Of a stretch of 64,000 nt of DNA, positions 59,763 through 64,000 are shown piece by piece. The stretch covers positions 434,001 to 498,000 of the forward strand of contig JAYWIR010000052.1 of the NCBI GenBank assembly GCA_036172245.1, read 5' to 3'. Numbering within the stretch: the stretch's first letter is position 1; the number at the start of each line of letters is the position of its first letter. Origin of the DNA: Raillietiella orientalis. Its lineage: Eukaryota. The notes under the pieces are model-generated. The model made no database searches. It was not told where the DNA came from and saw only the letters and a list, made by a program, of their open reading frames with translations. A program made the position numbers and the translations under genes.

Positions 59763-62700
59763 GTGAGCACCGTCTCCTTTTCGCTCGTGCTGCGAGGCTG
59801 CGGTTCCCGAGCCGGCACACCGGCGTCGCTCTCCCCTCCTGCTTCCCGTGGGGTCAGGTGCGGCGGAATATCTCCACCAATTCCTGAGAGGCGTCACCCT
59901 CCAGAATCTTGAGGGCTGGGTGCGCTTCAAGCACTCGGTCCGCGAGTTCTGCGAGGCGTTCCCCCTGGACCGCCTGCCGGCTGGATTTGGGGAGGAGGTA
60001 CCACCCTTTGGGAGCACCGGTATTTCTGCATCCATCTCCTTCCTCCTCCCTGCCCCTTCCCCGCTTACGGTTCGTGCGATGTTGACGAGGAGGGAGGGGG
60101 GGAGAGCGTCCGGCCGCCCTGCCTGCCTGACTTTGCGGAACGTGCGTTGGGCGGAGGCGCCGTTAGCGGGGCTTTGCTCCTTCAGGGAAAACAGCCACGC
60201 CCGCTCTCCCCTAGCCCCTTCCTGGCCTCCTTCCAGCATCGGGTAAGGGAGGGGAACGGCAGCAAAGAGAAAAATCCTGTACCCTTCGGGACGAGAATCG
60301 GGAGCTCCTTCCTGGAGCGCTCGGAGGGCGACCGGACGCCCAGTCGTTCCAGGCAGGAGAAGGGAGGAGGCGGACGACCGGAGCCTCCAGGAGAGGGACG
60401 GCATCCTCCTGGAAGCCTCGAGGGGTGCAGGCGATGGTGCACTCGTCCTCGATCAGAGCCAGACCGGTGACGCGCGCGCGCCCTTCCTCCGGAGCTTTCG
60501 TGCTGGCGCCCCGTCAGAGCGCGCCGTTTCCCTGGAGAATCGCGAGAAGAGCGGGCATCTCCCAGATTAACGGAAGCGGAACCGCCGGCGCGTGCTAATT
60601 ATAGCGCTAAACGGGCATCCGGGATGTCGCTTCCAGCGCGAAGCGCGAGTCCGGGCAAGGAGCATCCCGGAAGGGATTTGCATCCGAGTTTTCTCTCTCC
60701 GCTGAAATCCCGGGAAGGAGGGATGAAAAATTCCATTCATCTCCTTGAAGTTTTTTGATAATTTTGCATCCTCAGCTTCCAGCTCGGTGTCTCGCTCCCG
60801 CTTTTCATTCCCCTTCTTCCCTCCCTCCACCTGTATTTTTTTTTTTTCTTCCCCCTTTTTTTCGCTTCCTTCTTGTGCCGCGGGCGCTGCAGTCGCTCCA
60901 GTTTTCTCCGGCAGCGGTTCGCTCATCCTTCCTTCCTTGTTGGGGTAGGATGCCCTCGTGCTCTGCTGCCCATGCAGCATCCTCTGCCACCCATCTCCGA
61001 ACTCGGGAAAGGGGCGTCAGGTGGATTCCTGTCGGAGGAACCGTACGAGGAAGAAGGAAAGAGGGTCTCCTCCGCTTTCCGATTGGGAAGAAATGCAGAT
61101 TCCCTGCCCGAGATCCGGGAACGGAAGCGAGAGACTCTTTTCCATCCTGCCGCTCTCCTCCGCTTGCACAGGAGAGAGAACAGGGAAGGGAGCGGGGGAG
61201 GGAGGGGAAGGAAAAGTCACCACCACTCTTCTATCTTGGCAACCTTGACGGTGGGCTCAAACAGCCCGCTCAACCTTGCGTTTCCAGAAACCTTGTTCAG
61301 CGACTCCGCCACGCGGGAGTCCTAGGGAGAGTCCCTCAGCCACTCTGGGGTTCTGCGCTCGCGCGCATCCATCTCAGCCACCCGAGCGTGACGCCGAGAG
61401 GAAGCTCGCCTAGCCGACCCCAGCTGACCGAGCGCCTCGAGGGGGAGGGACGTTCCCGTCTTTCCTGCATCCTTTTCTCTCCTGGTCTTTCACCTTGGTC
61501 CCCTCGAACCTACGCGCCTCCTCCCAGCAACCAAACGTCCCGGAAGAGAGCGCCCTCTGTCGCACCTCGAGCGAGGGGCTGCTTCCCTGGCAGCCCTTCC
61601 TCCTAGTCAATCCAAGCGAGCCGGCGCGTTCTGGACTTCTCCCTGGGAACCTTTGCTGACCTCGCTTAATCAGGGGCTGCGTCTGCCTGGGAGATCCGGT
61701 GCGATCCTGAAGAAGGGAAGGGAGGGAAGGAGGAGGCATCGGCAGACCCTTCTTTCCGCGGCTGCGACAACCCCCGCCTAGAATTCCAAGGGGGAATGCA
61801 CTGCCTGAGGGAGAGAAAGACCGATCCCTGCCGATAGCGAGTCGACCTCGATCACTCCGTGCTCGAGGGCACGAAACAGCAACGGAGGTGGAGGCCTTCG
61901 GGAACAGCACGGCCTCCGCTCCCCTTTTTTTTCTTCCAAAGGTCGCTGAACGCTGCGAAAAGAAGAAAAGAAAGAGGGTGAAAAGGGCAGATCTCCCTCC
62001 TTTGCTTCTCCTCCTCCCCCTCCTCCTGCCTTCCCCCCTTCCAGTGGCTTCTGGGACGTCCGAGCCACCCCAGGAGCGTTTCGGGCCCTTAGAGGAGCAA
62101 CGGGTAAGGCTTCGTTCTCCTCCTTTCTCAACCTCGGGGGCTTTCCCTTGCGGCTGAGCACGACTCAGGGAGGGCCACCCTTCTGTGCTGCATGCGCGTT
62201 TCGCGGCTCCGAAAGGTCACGCGTCTGGTAGGACGCCGCCCGTGCGAAAGAAAAAAAAAGAAGGACGGGGAGAGATGGAGGAGCGTTCTCGGTGGACCAT
62301 CATCATCGATCACTGCCAGAAGTCGAGATCGACCAGTACGGGACGCGTGAAAGGAGGATGCATCGTTCCGGAGGGCGAGGCGGGGAGGTCAAGGGAAGAG
62401 AGACAGCCTGCCGCATGTGGCGCCACCATGCTCACAAAGCACCCGTGAGGGGGGAGTCAAATGCAAGGGGTGATAGAGGATGAAAGGGCGAAGATCGGAT
62501 GCGAGAGGATGCCGGGCAGGGTAGAGAAAAGGCCGAGGAGGCGGCATATGTTCCGATGACCCCTGCGGAGACGAAGAATGGGCCCCCGGAACGGGAAGAG
62601 AGAGCTTGCGTTTCCGGATTAGGGATGGCTCGTCGCGTCCCCTCCTCCTCCCTTCTTTGATGTCAGTGGAGCCGGTTGCCAGCACAACGCGACCGGAGGG

Positions 62701-63606
62701 ATCGTTTCTTCGGAAAGGGGGGGTGGGAGGCAACTCATCGCGGAGTTCTGCTCTTCGCCGAACGGAGGTGTGGGGTGGTCGCTGTTTCCTAAAGGAAGAA
62801 CCTCTCTTCTTCTTCCCGGGGTCGCCGTGATCTCCCTTTTCCTCTTCCCGCTTCTCCCTGGATCATGTGATCTTCAGGCGAGTTGACCACGCAGTGGGCA
62901 TTGAGGAAAGGGCTTCGTGCCCCTCTGTTTGATCCTAGCTGTTTACAGCGTGAACATCCCTGCGGTTGGGGAGATCCTAGCTCGTGTTTCCCAGGGAGTG
63001 TTGCTGGGGACAACAAAAAAAGAAAAAAAAAATGGGCTGAGGGCACGGAAAGGTGGAGACGTGCCCTGAGAAGAAGTGTGAGGGGCAACGCTTTCTAAGA
63101 CTCTCCGCAGCATGGCGGTTGGTCACGGTCTTTTGGAGATGCCGAGACACAGGGAGATGCAGCAAGGATGTGCTCCGTCCTTGTGCACGGGCGATTCAGG
63201 AGATACGGAGGTGGCGTGTCCTCCTGAGGCCCAGATCCGGCCCCCAGCCCCCTCCTTCATCCCTTTCCCAGTAGGAGAGATTCCCTTCCTTTTCTTTTTC
63301 TTTTTTGTTGTTTCCCAAGTTTTTATCTCGTGTGGGGAAGAAGGGGTAGGGCAATACGCCGACGCAACTTATACGGCTGACGTTCGTTCGAGAGATGCGT
63401 ATGAGCGTTTGCATCACCCGGATCTTAGGATGCATTTTTGTCGGTGTGTTTTTTGTGTTGTGTTGTGTTGTTTTGTTTTGTTTTGTTTTTCCTCTCGAAA
63501 AGGGGAGGGGGGGAACGTCGGTTTCCGATTTCTGCCGCCGCCGCAAAGCTCGTGCGCGCGCGCACGGCAAGCATCGGCGGCGCTCGCTGCTGCCCTGGGA
63601 AAAAAA

Positions 63607-63658
63607 CACACAAACACAAACACAAACACAGACACACACACACACACACACACACACA
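63607..63658. repeat. (CACAAA)n/(CA)n microsatellite
   Basis: Read directly from the sequence. Confidence 0.9.
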
Positions 63659-64000
63659 GTCATTCTCATCTCGCGAGGAAGGATGTACTTTTTATTTACT
63701 TTTTCCGTTTTCGCGATGCGATCTTTTTATTCCTGGAACCCCTCTTCCTCGCTCACGCCTTTGATGGTTTCCCTCGGTAAGATGGCGAAGCAGATTGCAA
63801 ACGCAGGTAATAAGCGGCGGCGGATCCCCCCCTGTTCGGATGCAACACGACACGAACCCGAGCTCGAACAATCAACAGCAAAGAGAAATTTCCCAGCAAA
63901 GACAGCTGATCCTCGGTGTTATTCAAGCTTGTGCCGGGGGTTTGCTTTTTAATCAGGAAAAAAAAAAAAAAAAAAAACGAGAGAGAACAATAAATGTTTT

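Noticed and set aside
63111..63210. Possible terminal dac exon after CTCCGCAG
   Set aside because: The phase-1 translation (AWRLVTVFWRCRDTG...) has no Dac C-terminal resemblance; the last exon probably lies beyond the window.

Overview
GC-rich eukaryotic (most likely arthropod) genomic DNA with many simple repeats, not prokaryotic. Almost all ORFs in the track are low-complexity shadow ORFs. The one intact gene is dachshund (dac/DACH) on the + strand. I could splice it in phase by hand from ATG 34847 through exons 34847-35436, 47174-47298, 47750-48014, 48538-48600, 51916-51992, 52059-52487, 56056-56139 and 59622-59762. It has complete DD1 and most of DD2; no terminal exon was found in the window. 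The ~34 kb upstream holds decayed gene fragments: a Yan/ETV6-type PNT domain, a homeobox 3' exon, an Ets98B/SPDEF ETS domain, an NF-X1-type zinc-finger region and several unidentified coding-like remnants. It also holds a near-perfect 278-bp inverted repeat enclosing ~2.4 kb, a pre-miRNA-like hairpin, a tRNA-derived SINE family, a ~520-bp dispersed repeat, an AT-rich island and several candidate enhancers. I found no clear novel system. The best leads are the inverted-repeat/NF-X1 cassette, the cluster of dead transcription-factor genes beside a divergent dac, and the hairpin. All homology calls come from recalled motifs, not database searches.
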